Assembly (NCBI RefSeq): GCF_006345805.1 | Contig: NC_042998.1 | Span: 170,748,001-170,812,000, forward strand | Direction of reading: 5' to 3' | Length of the DNA: 64,000 bases | Source of the DNA: Octopus sinensis | Lineage: Eukaryota | Shown: piece by piece, positions 39,263-50,946 of the stretch | Position numbering within the stretch: position 1 is the stretch's first letter | Layout: each line of letters begins with the position of its first letter | Notes under the pieces: generated by a model | Seen by the model: only the letters and a program-made list of their open reading frames with translations | Databases searched by the model: none | What the model was told of the DNA's origin: nothing | Position numbers and translations under genes: made by a program

Positions 39263-40959
39263 AAATATATATATATATACTATATAATATGTATATTATA
39301 TATAATATATGTATACTATATATGTATATTATATATAATATATATATACTATATAATATGTATATTATATATAATATATGTATACTATATAATATGTATA
39401 TTATATCCAATATATATATATATATATATTATATAATACAAAGTAAGATAGGGGTTATGAAAGTAACCCACTATGGGATATTAAGTTATCCAATATACAA
39501 CTGGTGATGATCGAAATGAATTTGTTTCTCCATTTTCTTATTTGTATTATATATATATATATATTATATATATATGCGATGTCACACTAGATGAGTACTC
39601 AGAGAACTTAATACAGATTAATTGTATAAAATATAAAAATATAAATACTTTTCTAATAATTTTAATCGGTAAAACGTTACAAAAATAACCCAAGGACCGA
39701 GTTTTTGTGCGTAGCACTTGTCAAAGTTTCGTAAGTACCATATACAAAACTCTCGGTCCTTGAGTCACTTCGGTAATTTCAGCTGAATAAAAATAATTAA
39801 AAGGAAAAGAAAAGCATATCTATACACAATGAGAAAATAATTGCACTTTAATGGTTATCCCCTTTTAACTAAGTGTATCGAAACGCTATTCATTTGAACA
39901 CAAATCGTTGTTCTGCTAAAGCTTAACAAGAAATGCATCACGTTGGCCAACGCTTTCGTATACTATAAATAGTTACAGAAACACTGATTTGTTCCCAATG
40001 TAATAAGTTGATGCCCAAGCATCTTCTGTCGACATTGTCTCCCACGCACTGACTGTATATATAATATCCATACATATACACAACACATACAATAGCTGTC
40101 ATAATAAAGTACAACTAATTTTCGCTTGCAACTGTTTAAAAGTTATTTTGTCCCGATCGCACACAAACATATATTTATGCGTGCAATCTTTCTGTTTGCG
40201 AGGCGGACAGTGCCCAATACGCACCCCGCTTCTTTGTGTTTTCAGGTGCAGTCTCTTGTCCAAATAAACGAGCCACTGAATCGGCTTCATCTCTCTCATA
40301 TATAATAAATACACACTGAATAAACTGTTATGGTAATTCTTCTGATATATAAATTTAAAATAAGCGATTCTATTTAAGAATACAGTGAATGCACACAACA
40401 ATGTTTTTCTTACATTCAGCTTTAGAGCCAGAAAATCCTTTAATATTTCCTATATTTTTTTACGGGGGAATGAACAGTCACTAATACTAAACTTTGAAAA
40501 ATAAATATACGTAAAAAAAATTATAAAAACAGGAATAAACAAATGACCGGTAAGTGTATAAAAAAACTAATTTACATTAAAATAAATATAATTCGAAATA
40601 ATTACATTTTTCTTTGTTTATGTATATTTGCGTGATCAAAATAATGATATCTAAATACATATATATTTTCAACGTTAAATTTCTAAAACCATTTTATAAA
40701 TACAAAAATATAAAGCTCTCGATAAATAGCATGTGAATATTGTGTTCGACTTTTTCTCTCCCAAGTTTTTCAATCCCAATATTTACATACTTATTATCTG
40801 TAGCTTTATACGTGCTTCGAGATCCAGTTCCAAAACCAATTATTTCACGTTCTCTCGACAGTTTAGAAATTCTTATGATGTCAACAAAAATATATATTTG
40901 ATTGAAGCAGTAAAATAATATAAAAACGAACAAAATATAATAATATGTCGGTAATTCAC

Positions 40960-41060
40960 CCCAGAATCTCGACACGTGTTTTAGGTCGCCATTCGTCAGC
41001 TCTTCATTGAAACGAAACAAACTTAAACCTACATTTCCGGTAATATGGACTAATAATAAA
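40960..41060 (-). other. Candidate non-coding first exon of the RPUSD1-like gene (5' boundary approximate)
   Basis: Coding exon 1 begins at an acceptor, so an upstream exon is required. A minus-strand donor GGG|gtgaat sits at 40960/40959 in CpG-retaining unique sequence, opposite the PIG-Y-like first exon. Inference only. Confidence 0.45.
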
Positions 41061-41230
41061 CGTTTTATAATCACTAACTCTGTAAACTATATTTTTTAAG
41101 GCTATAATTTAAAATGTCTAAAAGCAAATCGACAGAATTACTCGATCTGTAATATTAAAAACAAATGTCATTGTTCCCAGTAGCAAATTAAAGTGAAAGG
41201 CGAAAAGGAATGAAGACTACAAGATGGAGC
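40990..41230. promoter_or_regulatory. Candidate compact bidirectional promoter between the RPUSD1-like and PIG-Y-like genes
   Basis: Outward-facing donors at 40959 (-) and 41362 (+). ETS-like ACCGGAAAT (minus, 41033-41041) and YY1-like GAATGGCG (-) and AAGATGGAG (+, 41221). CpG is visibly retained here. Confidence 0.45.
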
Positions 41231-41295
41231 ATCGTCGGTTTATAGTGAGCGGCAAACTATTTCTTTAAAGCAAAATATTACTTCCACATGTAGAT

Positions 41296-41361
41296 ATGTA
41301 TTTATTATTACACTGTATTGCTGCTAGTGAAAATATTGGTGATAAAATTCAGTTAAACATG
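41296..41361 (+). CDS. PIGY: Probable first coding exon of PIG-Y-like gene (MYLLLHCIAASENIGDKIQLNM)
   Basis: Strong donor AAC ATG|gtaaga at 41361/41362. The 22 codons are phase 0 and in frame with the 48319 exon. This exon could instead be purely 5' UTR. Confidence 0.5.
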
Positions 41362-41464
41362 GTAAGATACAAATATTTCAGGTATTACGCATACGTACAT
41401 TCATATATATATGTACGTGTATATATATGTATATATATATATACATATATATATACACACGTAC

Positions 41465-41502
<38 letters not shown>

Positions 41503-41670
41503 ATTTGTTGTGTTAGATTCCTGTTGTGAAATCGTATTCAAATATATATTGTTATATTTCCAGAAATATTACTACATACACACACATATCTATATATTAC
41601 TTATCTAATTGCTTAACTAAAATCTGTACTGCTTTATATTTTATAAATCTTTTATTTTATTTTTTATATT

Positions 41671-41916
41671 TATTATTTCTTTATGGTTAGTAATGAAAAA
41701 TGTAGAATAGATCTCCAAAAGTTTGATCGTTAATTTTCCGGTTTTATAAATTGTTTTACATCTCTCTCTCTCTCTCTTTATCTATATATTATGAAAAAAA
41801 TAAGCTAAAATATGATTTTAGCTTACAACTTCTCAACTTTTAAAAGGAAGTGATACACCTAAGAATATAGGCTACATATATTCTCTCTCTCTCTCTCTCT
41901 CTCTATACATACATAT

Positions 41917-41994
<78 letters not shown>

Positions 41995-42056
41995 TAACGA
42001 TCAAACTTTTGGAGATCTATTCTATATTTTTCCTTACTAACCATAAAGAAATAATA
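41671..42056. repeat. Foldback: about 65-bp inverted arms (41671-41735, 41992-42056) around CT/TA/TG microsatellites
   Basis: The arms are reverse complements with few mismatches. Confidence 0.8.
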
Positions 42057-42239
42057 GTAAGACTTATAAAATATAAAGCACTACAGATTTTAGTTACGCA
42101 ATTAGAGGAGTGATATATAGATATGTGTATGTAGTTATATTTCTGGAAATATAACAATATATTCAATATGTGACCACGTGTGTATCGTTGGCGATTTTTT
42201 CCCTCCGTCTTCCCCTCCTTGGATCTTTCCTTTTTTTAT

Positions 42240-42274
42240 GTTTCTGACGAGGCGCTTCGCTCGAAACGTTAAAT
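42240..42274 (+). ncRNA. Minimal type-I hammerhead motif in a Penelope-like pLTR remnant
   Basis: GUUU-CUGACGA-GGCGCUUCGCUC-GAAA-CG-UU^AAAU, with palindromic AACGUU helix III and a weak 4-bp helix I. Confidence 0.55.
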
Positions 42275-42374
42275 CTTTCTTTCTTTCCTTTCCCTGGCGT
42301 CCAATAACACTATACTTGTTCCACGTCCTTGCGTTGTTGTTTTCTCTTTGTTTATATATATATATAATATATAT

Positions 42375-42410
<36 letters not shown>

Positions 42411-42658
42411 GTGACTGTGTGGTAAGAAGCTTGCTTCCCAACCACATGGTTCCGGGTTCAGTCCTACTGCGTAGCACCTTGGGCAAGTGTCTTCTACTAT
42501 AGCCTCGGCCGACCAAAGTTTTGCGAGTATATTTGGTAGATGGAAACTGAAAGAAGCCCGTCATGTATATATATATATATGTGTGTGTGTATTGGTGTCA
42601 ATGTGTTTGCTTTCATCCCCCTCCCCATCGTTTGACAACCGATGTTGGTAAATTTACG

Positions 42659-43673
42659 ACGACGAGGCAATTGGTCGGACGCAATGTTTCGAGTGGTACG
42701 GGCGCTTCAAAAGCAGAAGAACGTCCATAGAAGACAATGAGCGATCTGGAGACCCTGCTACGAGCGTCACCCCCGGAAATATGGAGAAAATTCATCAGCT
42801 AGTGCACGAGGATTGTCGGAGGACAATCAACGACATTGCTGATGTTGGTCTGTCGTATGGGTCCGTGCAGGCAATTCTCACCTCTGAATTGAACATGCGG
42901 CGTATCTCTGCCAAGTTTGTGCACCACCTACTGACCATTGAGCAGAAAGAATATCGCGTCGAAGTCTGTCAGTGTGCTGCTGATGACCCATCCTTCATAT
43001 CAAGGATCATCGTCGGTGATTAGAGCTGGGTCTACGGGTACGACCCTGAGACGAAGCAGCAGCCGTCACAATGGAAGAGCCCTTCATTTCCACGGCGGAA
43101 GAAAGCACGACAGAGTCGCAACTCAATCAAGACCATGCTCATCTTTTTTTTTTTTTTGTTTTTTCTACATCCACGGTATTTTGCATCGAGAATTCGTTCC
43201 TCAAGACCAGACCGTCAATCAAAGGTTCCACTGCGACGCTTTGAAGCGCCTGAGGGAAGACATTCGGCGAAATCGACCGGATCTGTGGAATGCGAAGAAT
43301 TGGATTCTTCACAACAATGTACTCTGTCGCCGTGCTCTCCTCACTCGTGAGTTTCTCGCCAAAAACAACATGGTATTGCTTCCGCAACCGCCAGATTTAG
43401 CACCTGCGACTTCCATCTCTTCCTCAAGATGAAGATGCAACTCAAAGGTCGCCGTTTTAACACCATTGTCGAGATCCAGAGTGAATCGCAAAAGGTCCTC
43501 GACTCGCTCACGGAAAATGACTTCCAGGCCGGATTCCAAAAATGGAAGGAACTCTGGGATGGGTGTACTGTTGCGCAAGGTGACTATTCCGATGGAGATG
43601 ATGTTAAAACTTAGGTAAATAAGTTATTTTTTATTAAACATAACAAGTTCTGAAACTTTTTGGTGCCACCTTG
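42659..43673 (+). mobile_element. Mariner-family transposon, 5'-truncated, decayed transposase
   Basis: IIVGD*SWVYGYDPETKQQ, WILHN, DLAP and KGRRF motifs. The 3' TIR ...AACTTTTTGGTGCCACCTTG is followed by TA. A SINE replaces the 5' end. Confidence 0.88.
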
Positions 43674-43772
43674 TATATAAAATATATACAAGCAAACAAT
43701 TTTTTTTTTAGAAATCTTCACTACTCCCAAAATATCTAATAAAGTACATGCAAAACTCAGTTACTTAATTCT

Positions 43773-43928
43773 AGGAGTGGCTGTGTGGTAAGTAGCTTGC
43801 TTACCAACCACATGGTTCCGGGTTCAGTCACACTGCGTGGTACCTTGGGCAAGTGTCTTCTACTATAGCCTCGGGCTGACCAAAGCCTTGTGAGTGGATT
43901 TGGTAGACAGAAACTGAAAGAAGCCTGT

Positions 43929-43992
<64 letters not shown>

Positions 43993-44161
43993 GCTTGGCA
44001 ACCGATGGTGATGTGTTTACGTCCCCATAACTTAGCGTTTCGGCAAAAGAGACCGATAGAATAAGTACTAGGCTTACAAAGAATAAGTCCTGGGGTTGAT
44101 TTGCTCGACTAAAGGCGATGCTCCAGCATGGCCGCAGTCAAATGACTGAAACAAGTAAAAG
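43773..44161 (+). mobile_element. Family B SINE (others: 42410-42660 +, 62217-62575 +, 26845-27135 -)
   Basis: Same head, body and tail as 34885-35275. Confidence 0.85.
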
Positions 44162-45344
44162 TTCTATTTACATACTGCTAATTATATTTTTGAAATTAGG
44201 TGTTAATCGTCGATAAATAACATCTAATTGAATCCAGAGAAACATTTACAATTAATTATGGTTCCTTAGTGAGTGACGGAGATTAAACTTTCACTGTCCC
44301 GAATAGGTATCAGATTCTAAAATGGCTCAAGTTTCAAATTTTGTAGAAGTCTAGTCACAAATAAATTAAATTTTGGGATGTAAAACTTTCAATGACACCT
44401 TTAATTTTTTTTTCTAATATCATGACTTAAAACCACAATGTAATTCAAATATGAAAAAAAAAACAAAACGGCTGTATTGACTTTATATTATGAACCTCAA
44501 CATATTTTTAGCTTGTTTGATTTTCTCCTCCTAATTACGTAAACGGTGACGGTAAAGGATACGCACACCACCCGTTTTCAGCGTAAGAAAAACCCTAACC
44601 ACCGGATGTGCGTATTCTTTATCTTCGCCACATAAATAGTCCTTGCATGCCTTTTTCATACACGAAATTCTGGTTGTGACAAAAGAAAGGCTTGAAAGTG
44701 GCATGGAAGATTTTAAACTGCTAAAGTATATTTTGGCCGAAGTTATTAGCACCCCGTCCTACGTCAACATTATTCACGACCCTAGCTTCGGTTTGTGACT
44801 CTTCCAATCATTTACGCTAACAGTAATGGGTTAATGTTTACTCTTAACTCCCGGTTACCAAAAAACAACAACAAAACAAGTGTAATAGGTGTAAAAAAAA
44901 TGTGTTTTAAACGAATACGAAAGCAAAAATTTGGATGGGGAGAGGACTTTCGGAAAATTCACATGATCCGATTTTTTCCCTCATTATATAACTTTTAGGA
45001 AAATGAATATCTTTTAATGAAATTTTATATAAATACCTTTCAAACGGCATAGATTACAATTATAAAGAAATTTGCAGGGAAATTTTTTTCCGAGGAGGGA
45101 GGACTTTCAAGGAGAAAGAAATTCATTATTTTATTGCTTGAGTGTATGGAAATAAGTTAGAAAAAAATTTTAGATTCATCAATTTTTCGTTTGAGTAATA
45201 GGAAAAAAGTTTTAAAAAAGATCCCAACGGTGGAGATGTGCTAAAAACAACAGCTAAATCACCCATAACATTTCTTTTCGTTAGTGAAACCATATTCAAC
45301 ACTGTATTTATGAATTTGTTTCTCTCACTATGATACATAACTTA

Positions 45345-46335
45345 GATTGGTTTCGGCTATTATCGGCCCAGGCCATGATTAACTCAGTAGCACCACCCGG
45401 TAAAGACTTTTAGTTAATTATTTCAGGACACCATGGACCACTCAAGCAGAGAGTTGTTGGTTGAGATGTATCCAGGTGTAGGTGTCTATCCAGTATTTCG
45501 TGGAGGAATTTGTCCAGGTACTGTTTGAAAGTTGTGGGGTCGTTTTCTACTTTAATTTCTTTCAGGATAACATTGGGAAGAGCAGGACCATTTGCAGTGA
45601 AGAATTTGTCGCAATGTTCTTATGCTATGTAATCTCAACCTTTATAGGGGATGCATTGCACGGGGGCCTAGTCTTGGGTGAATTGTAAACATAATACCAA
45701 TATCATTTGGATAATATTGGTGAAATATTTTCCACATGGTGCAAATAATGTATTGCTCATGGCAGTGTTGCCAAGAATAAAGTTTCAGCTGTTTAAGTTG
45801 AGCCCAATAATCAAGTCCCATCATGCCATTTATTTTTCTTGTGATTGATCTTTGTGGCTCTTTGATCCTCATTATGTCTTGTTTCTTGTAGGGAGACCAC
45901 AATGGGCAGCAGTATTTGAGGTGGGGCCTAGCGAATGTGGAGAAGAGAAGGGTGATGGTTCCATGATCCCTAGATTGAAAAGTTCTGAGGATCCATGAAC
46001 ACATTCTGCGAGCAACATCGACTTTTTTGTTGATGTGCACACTCCAGCTAAAGTTGCTGTCGATAGTTATACCTAAATCTCTGATATTCGATGGTTCAAG
46101 TAGGTCTCCCAACGGTAGTGTATATGGCTGTTTGAGTGTGCCCTCATTTCCAAACTGCACATTGTTTTTTGTGCCCACTGGGTTACTGTGCATAGGTCCA
46201 ATTGAAGCATTATTCGATCATATGCTCCCTTAATGACTTTCTGGAGCTTAGAGACTCCTGCAAATGTTTTAATTGTGCTATGTTCAATGGAATCGGCAAT
46301 GTCATTGCTATAGATAATAAAAAGAAGGCCTGGCA
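45345..46335 (-). mobile_element. CR1-clade LINE RT C-terminal fragment
   Basis: DLGITIDSNFSWSVHI, RPHLKYCCPLWSPY and LKQLKLYS motifs. Confidence 0.85.
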
Positions 46336-46337
46336 TT

Positions 46338-47960
46338 GATCACATTCGGATAGTACTTTTTAAGTGCCTCTGGCACAGGGGCCAGTCCAAGGGTGCTGAC
46401 ATTGGCCATGTTCAGATGGTGCTTTTTATGTGCCACCAGCACGGGAGCCAGTCACTGGGTACTGGCATTGTCCACATTCAGATGGTGTTTTTTATGTGCC
46501 ACAGGCACAGGAGCCAGTCGGTCAGACCTGGCGTCAACCACGTTCGGATGTTGCTTTTTATGTGCCAGTCAGAGGCCACTGGCCGCAGCTACAATATTGG
46601 TTTAACTTGACTCAACAGGTCTTCCCACATATCATATCATCCGACACATTGGAGGTTCTCTTAACTGGGCCATACATGTATGGCTGTGATCTCACTTTAG
46701 TTGCTGGGTCTTCTCAATCACAGCCTATCTCCAAAAGTCTTGGTCTCCTGTCATTGCCTCTATGAGGTCCAATGTTTGAAAGTCATGCTTCACCACTTCA
46801 TCCTATGTCTTCCTGGGTCTACATCTTCCACAGGTTCCTTCCACAGTTAGGAAGTGGCACTTCCTCACACAGCTCTTCTCATCCATATGGAACACATGAC
46901 CATACAAATGCAGTCGTCTCTCTTGCACACCACATTTGATACTTTTTATGCCCAACTTTTCTCTCAGAGTGCTTACATTCTGTCATGTATGCGCACTGAC
47001 ATTACACATCCAGCAGATCTTACTAGCTTCATTTCTTTCAAGCCTACACATGTCCTCTACAGTCATGGCCCATGTTTCACTGCTGTGTTGCATGGCAGTT
47101 CACACACATGCATCATACATACAGTCTACCTTTCAACCTGAGCGAGAGGCCCTTGCCAGCAGAGGTAGGAGCTCCCTGAACTTTGCCCAGGCTATTCTTA
47201 TTCTAGTCACTACACTCTCAGAGCAACCACCTCTACTACAGACTTGGTCACCTAAGTAGTGGAAGCTATTAACTACTTCTAGTTTCTCCCTCTGGCATGT
47301 GATGGAATCTGTTTTCTGTATATCTTCCGTGTTTATTGCCCCTGTGCATCTGCCACACACAAAAACTATCTTCCTGGTTAACCTTCCTTTGATATTGCTG
47401 CACCTTTTATGTGTCCATAGCTAACACTAGGTACATCGTATGGAGTTTCTGCCCATGCCTTTTCTACAGATATAGCAGGGCCATCTACCTGAAGGGGGTT
47501 TTGATTTGACAGCCTTCCTACTTACTAAGACTGGTTTTTGCTAGGTTAACCCTAAGGCCCTTCTATTCTAGACTTTGCTTCTACACCCTAAACTTCATCT
47601 TTAGTTCTGGCAATGACTCAGCTATTAGAAGAAAGTCATCAGCATAGAGGAGCTCCCAGGGGCAGCTGGACAGCTGTTATTGCCTGGAGGACTATAATGA
47701 ACAAGTGGTGGGAGATCCTTAGTGAACCCCTACGTCTACTCGGAATTCTTCACTATACTCGTTACCAACCCTCACCTTACTGACAGCATCCCTGTACAGG
47801 GTTTGTACAACTCTTCCCAACCACTCGTCTATCCCCAGTTTCCGCATTGACCACCAGATAAGGGATCGGGTCACCCTGTCAAAGGCTTTCTCCTCGTCAA
47901 CAAAAGCCAAGTACAGAGGTTTATCTTTGGCTAGATATTTCTCCTGCAGTTGCCTGACTT
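46338..47960 (-). mobile_element. RTE-clade LINE fragment, antisense in the PIG-Y intron
   Basis: AFVDEEKAFDRV, KLEVVNSFHYLGDQ and WAKFRELLPLL motifs, plus 3' UTR repeats. Confidence 0.88.
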
Positions 47961-48318
47961 GTTAAAAATAGAAGCTAAATCTCTTTCAACCAAGACAAAG
48001 AATTGAGGGGTCTTTTTACTTCTAAAAGCTGAAATATTTTGATGGTTAGCTAATTAAAGAAATAGTTCAATAATCTTAGAACAGATCAATGGTTAGTTTT
48101 ATGGCCAGTCCAAACACAAGTTTGTGTTGAGATGAAAGTATGAAGTGTCTGTATTTGTATAGAATTTTTCACAAAGGTATGCAATTTTCTTAATTTGGAT
48201 GTTAGCATCTGTTTCGAGATACTTTTTTTTTTAACATTTGTCTTATATTACATTATTATATCAATGACGTTTCTTTATGAAATTATCTGGATTTATTTTC
48301 TTTTCTTTTCATTAACAG

Positions 48319-48444
48319 ATGCAACCAGAATTTAATGTTGAAAGCCTATATTACTATTTACTCCTGTTCCCAGCAACTGTGGTAGTTATTGTTGTATGTT
48401 TATTTCTGAACTGGTTTGGACTGAAACTTTTCCAACACAACTAA
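48319..48444 (+). CDS. PIGY: PIG-Y/Eri1-like GPI-GlcNAc transferase subunit, main coding exon (MQPEFNVESLYYYLLLFPATVVVIVVCLFLNWFGLKLFQHN*)
   Basis: Acceptor ttttcttttcattaacag|ATG, then 41 codons and TAA. One hydrophobic segment, YY.LL.P and C-terminal W.G.KLF.HN* match the PIG-Y C-terminus as recalled (human ...LLLPITIPVYVFFHLWTWMGIKLFRHN). AATAAA at 48504-48509. Confidence 0.8.
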   Translation: MQPEFNVESLYYYLLLFPATVVVIVVCLFLNWFGLKLFQHN

Positions 48445-49190
48445 ACCCACCACTGAAGAATTTGTCGAGGAGCTATGTGCATGAGAAATGTTAATATTAT
48501 TTAAATAAAACATTTTAAATTGGTGTAAAAATAGATTTTTAAAACTGATGATTTATAAATTAAAAGAAAGAATCCAGATATATGAAAGGAGATTTTGTTT
48601 ATGTTTTATCATATAGATATAGTAATAGGGAAATATAATTATATGTCAAAACCCTTGTGCACCAATGAGCTGAGTGTGATGAACATGCTGTCATTGTAAA
48701 AGGGAGAAGTTATTCCCCTGTGATATGTCCTACAACGACCAGTATATTTTGTGTCTGAGACTGCCCTGACGTGTTAAGAATAAATATGCAAATATTTCAG
48801 ATCTTGTACATTGTATAAATAATGATATTTTTTATATGCATATACAGTTGTCTATGAATCCATGAATCAGAAAGAAGAAATTTAATTCCATCCCTGCTAT
48901 CTCTTGAAGAGCACATGGTTTTAGTTAACTGCCCTGTTATCTAATATCTAATGTAAAATCAGTTTGTAAGATCAGCTGAAATGGATCTATAATACTGTGA
49001 ACTTTGATTAATATATATAAATACACACATACACTCATATATATAGGTGAGGGAGTGGCTTTGTAGTTAAGAGGTTCTATGATCAGTCCCACTGCATCGC
49101 ACCATAGGTAAGTATCTTCTACTATAGATCTAGGCTGACAAAAGTGGATTTGGTAAACAGAAGTTGAATGTATCTGTATATACATATGAA

Positions 49191-50946
49191 TATGAGGGTT
49201 GGCAATGAGTACACTGAAGAATTCAGGGTAGAGGTAGGGGTCCACCAGCATTCAGTCCTCAGCCCCTCCTATTTATCATAGTCCTCCAGGCAATAATGGA
49301 GGAATTCAAGACAGGATGCCCCTGGGAGCTCCTCTATGCTGATGACCTTGCTCTAATTGCTGAGTCACTATCAGAACTAGAGGAGAAGTTTCAGGTGTGG
49401 AAACAAGGATTAGAATCGAAAGGCCTTAGAGTCAACCTAGCTAAAACCAAAGTCCTAATAAGCAGGAAGGCAGGCAAACCACAAATCCCTTCAAGTAGAT
49501 GGCCCTGCTCAATCTGTAGTAGAGGCGTAGGTAGAAACTCTATAAGATGTACCCAGTGTAAGCTATGGACACATAAAAGGTACAGTAATATAAAAGGAAG
49601 GCTTACGGGGAAGATAGTTTTTGTATGTAGCAAATGCTCGGGAACAATAAGCACTGAAAATGCGCAGAGAACAAATTCTGCCACATTCCAGGGAGGAAAA
49701 CTAGATGTAGTTGATAGCTTCCCTTACCTAGGTGACCAAGTCAGTAGCGAGGGAAGGTACACTGAAAGTGTAGCTGCTAGAATAAGAATAGCTTGGGCAA
49801 AGTTCAGAGAGCTCTTACCTCTGCTGGTGACAAAAGGTCTCTCGTTCAGAGTAAAAGGTAGACTGTATGATGCATGTGTACGAACAGCCATGCTACATGG
49901 CAGTGAAACATGGGCTGTGACTGCTGAGGACATGCATAAGCTCGCAAGGAATGAAGCCAGTATGATCCGATGGATGTGTAATGTCAGTGTGCATACTCGA
50001 CAGAGTGAAAGTACCTTGAGAGAAATGTTGGATCTAAGAAGCATCAGATGTGGTGTGCAAGAGAGATGACTGTGCTGATATGGTCATGTGGCAAGAATGG
50101 ATAAAGACAGCTGTGTAAAAAAGTGCCACACCCTAGTGGTTGTGGGAACCTTTGGAAGAGGTAGACCCAAGAAGACCTGGGATGAAGTGGTGAAGCACGA
50201 CATTCGAACATTAGGCCTCACCAAGGAAATGACTAGTGACTGATACTTTTGGAAATATGCCATGCGTGAGAAGACTCGGCAAGCCAAATGAGACCATAAT
50301 CTTGTGGCCTATGCCAGGGGCATAACCAGCCCACTTATGCGTACCTTTTCCTTCTTTGGACACTAAAATTCTACTTGCGAAAACTTGTTGAGGCAAGTGA
50401 AATCAAAATCAAATTCAATGACTGGCGTCTGTGCTAGCTAGGTGAAAAGAGCACCATATGAGTGTGATCATTGACAGCGGCCAACCGGCTTCCATGCCAG
50501 TGGCACTTAAAAGGCACCATTCGAGTGTGATCGTTACCAGCGTCACCTTACTGGCACTCGAGACCCGTGCTAGTAGGGTATTAAGAGCACCATCTGAGCG
50601 TGATCATTGCCAGAGCAGCTATCTGGCCTCCGTGCCAGTGGCACATAAAAGACACCATTCAAGCATGATCGTTACCAGCATCGTCTTACTGGCACCTGTG
50701 CCGGTGGCATGTGTAAAAGATTCGAGCGAGGTCGTTGCCAGTACCACCTGAATGGCCCCGTGCTGGTGGCACAAAAGCACCCACTACACTCTCGGAGTGG
50801 TTGGCGTTAGGAATGGCATCCAGCTGTAGAAACTCTGCCAGATCAAGATTGAAGCCTGGTACAGCCATCTGGTTTGCCAGCCCTCAGTCATACATCCAAC
50901 CCATGCTAGCATGGAAAGCAGACATTAAACGATGATGATGATGATA
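49191..50946 (+). mobile_element. 5'-truncated RTE-clade LINE
   Basis: 257-aa ORF with WELLYADDL and HGSETW; same 3' UTR and (GAT)n tail as the 36.5 kb copy. Confidence 0.92.

Noticed and set aside
39690-39770. 17-bp inverted repeat near the promoter
   Set aside because: Short and isolated; most simply a transposon footprint, with no evidence of function.
41161-48318. A PYURF/PreY (Trm112-like) upstream cistron as in human PIGY
   Set aside because: No LVCP..K..L or YPI.DGIP-like motif was seen by eye in the leader or intron. A translated search is needed to exclude tiny exons.
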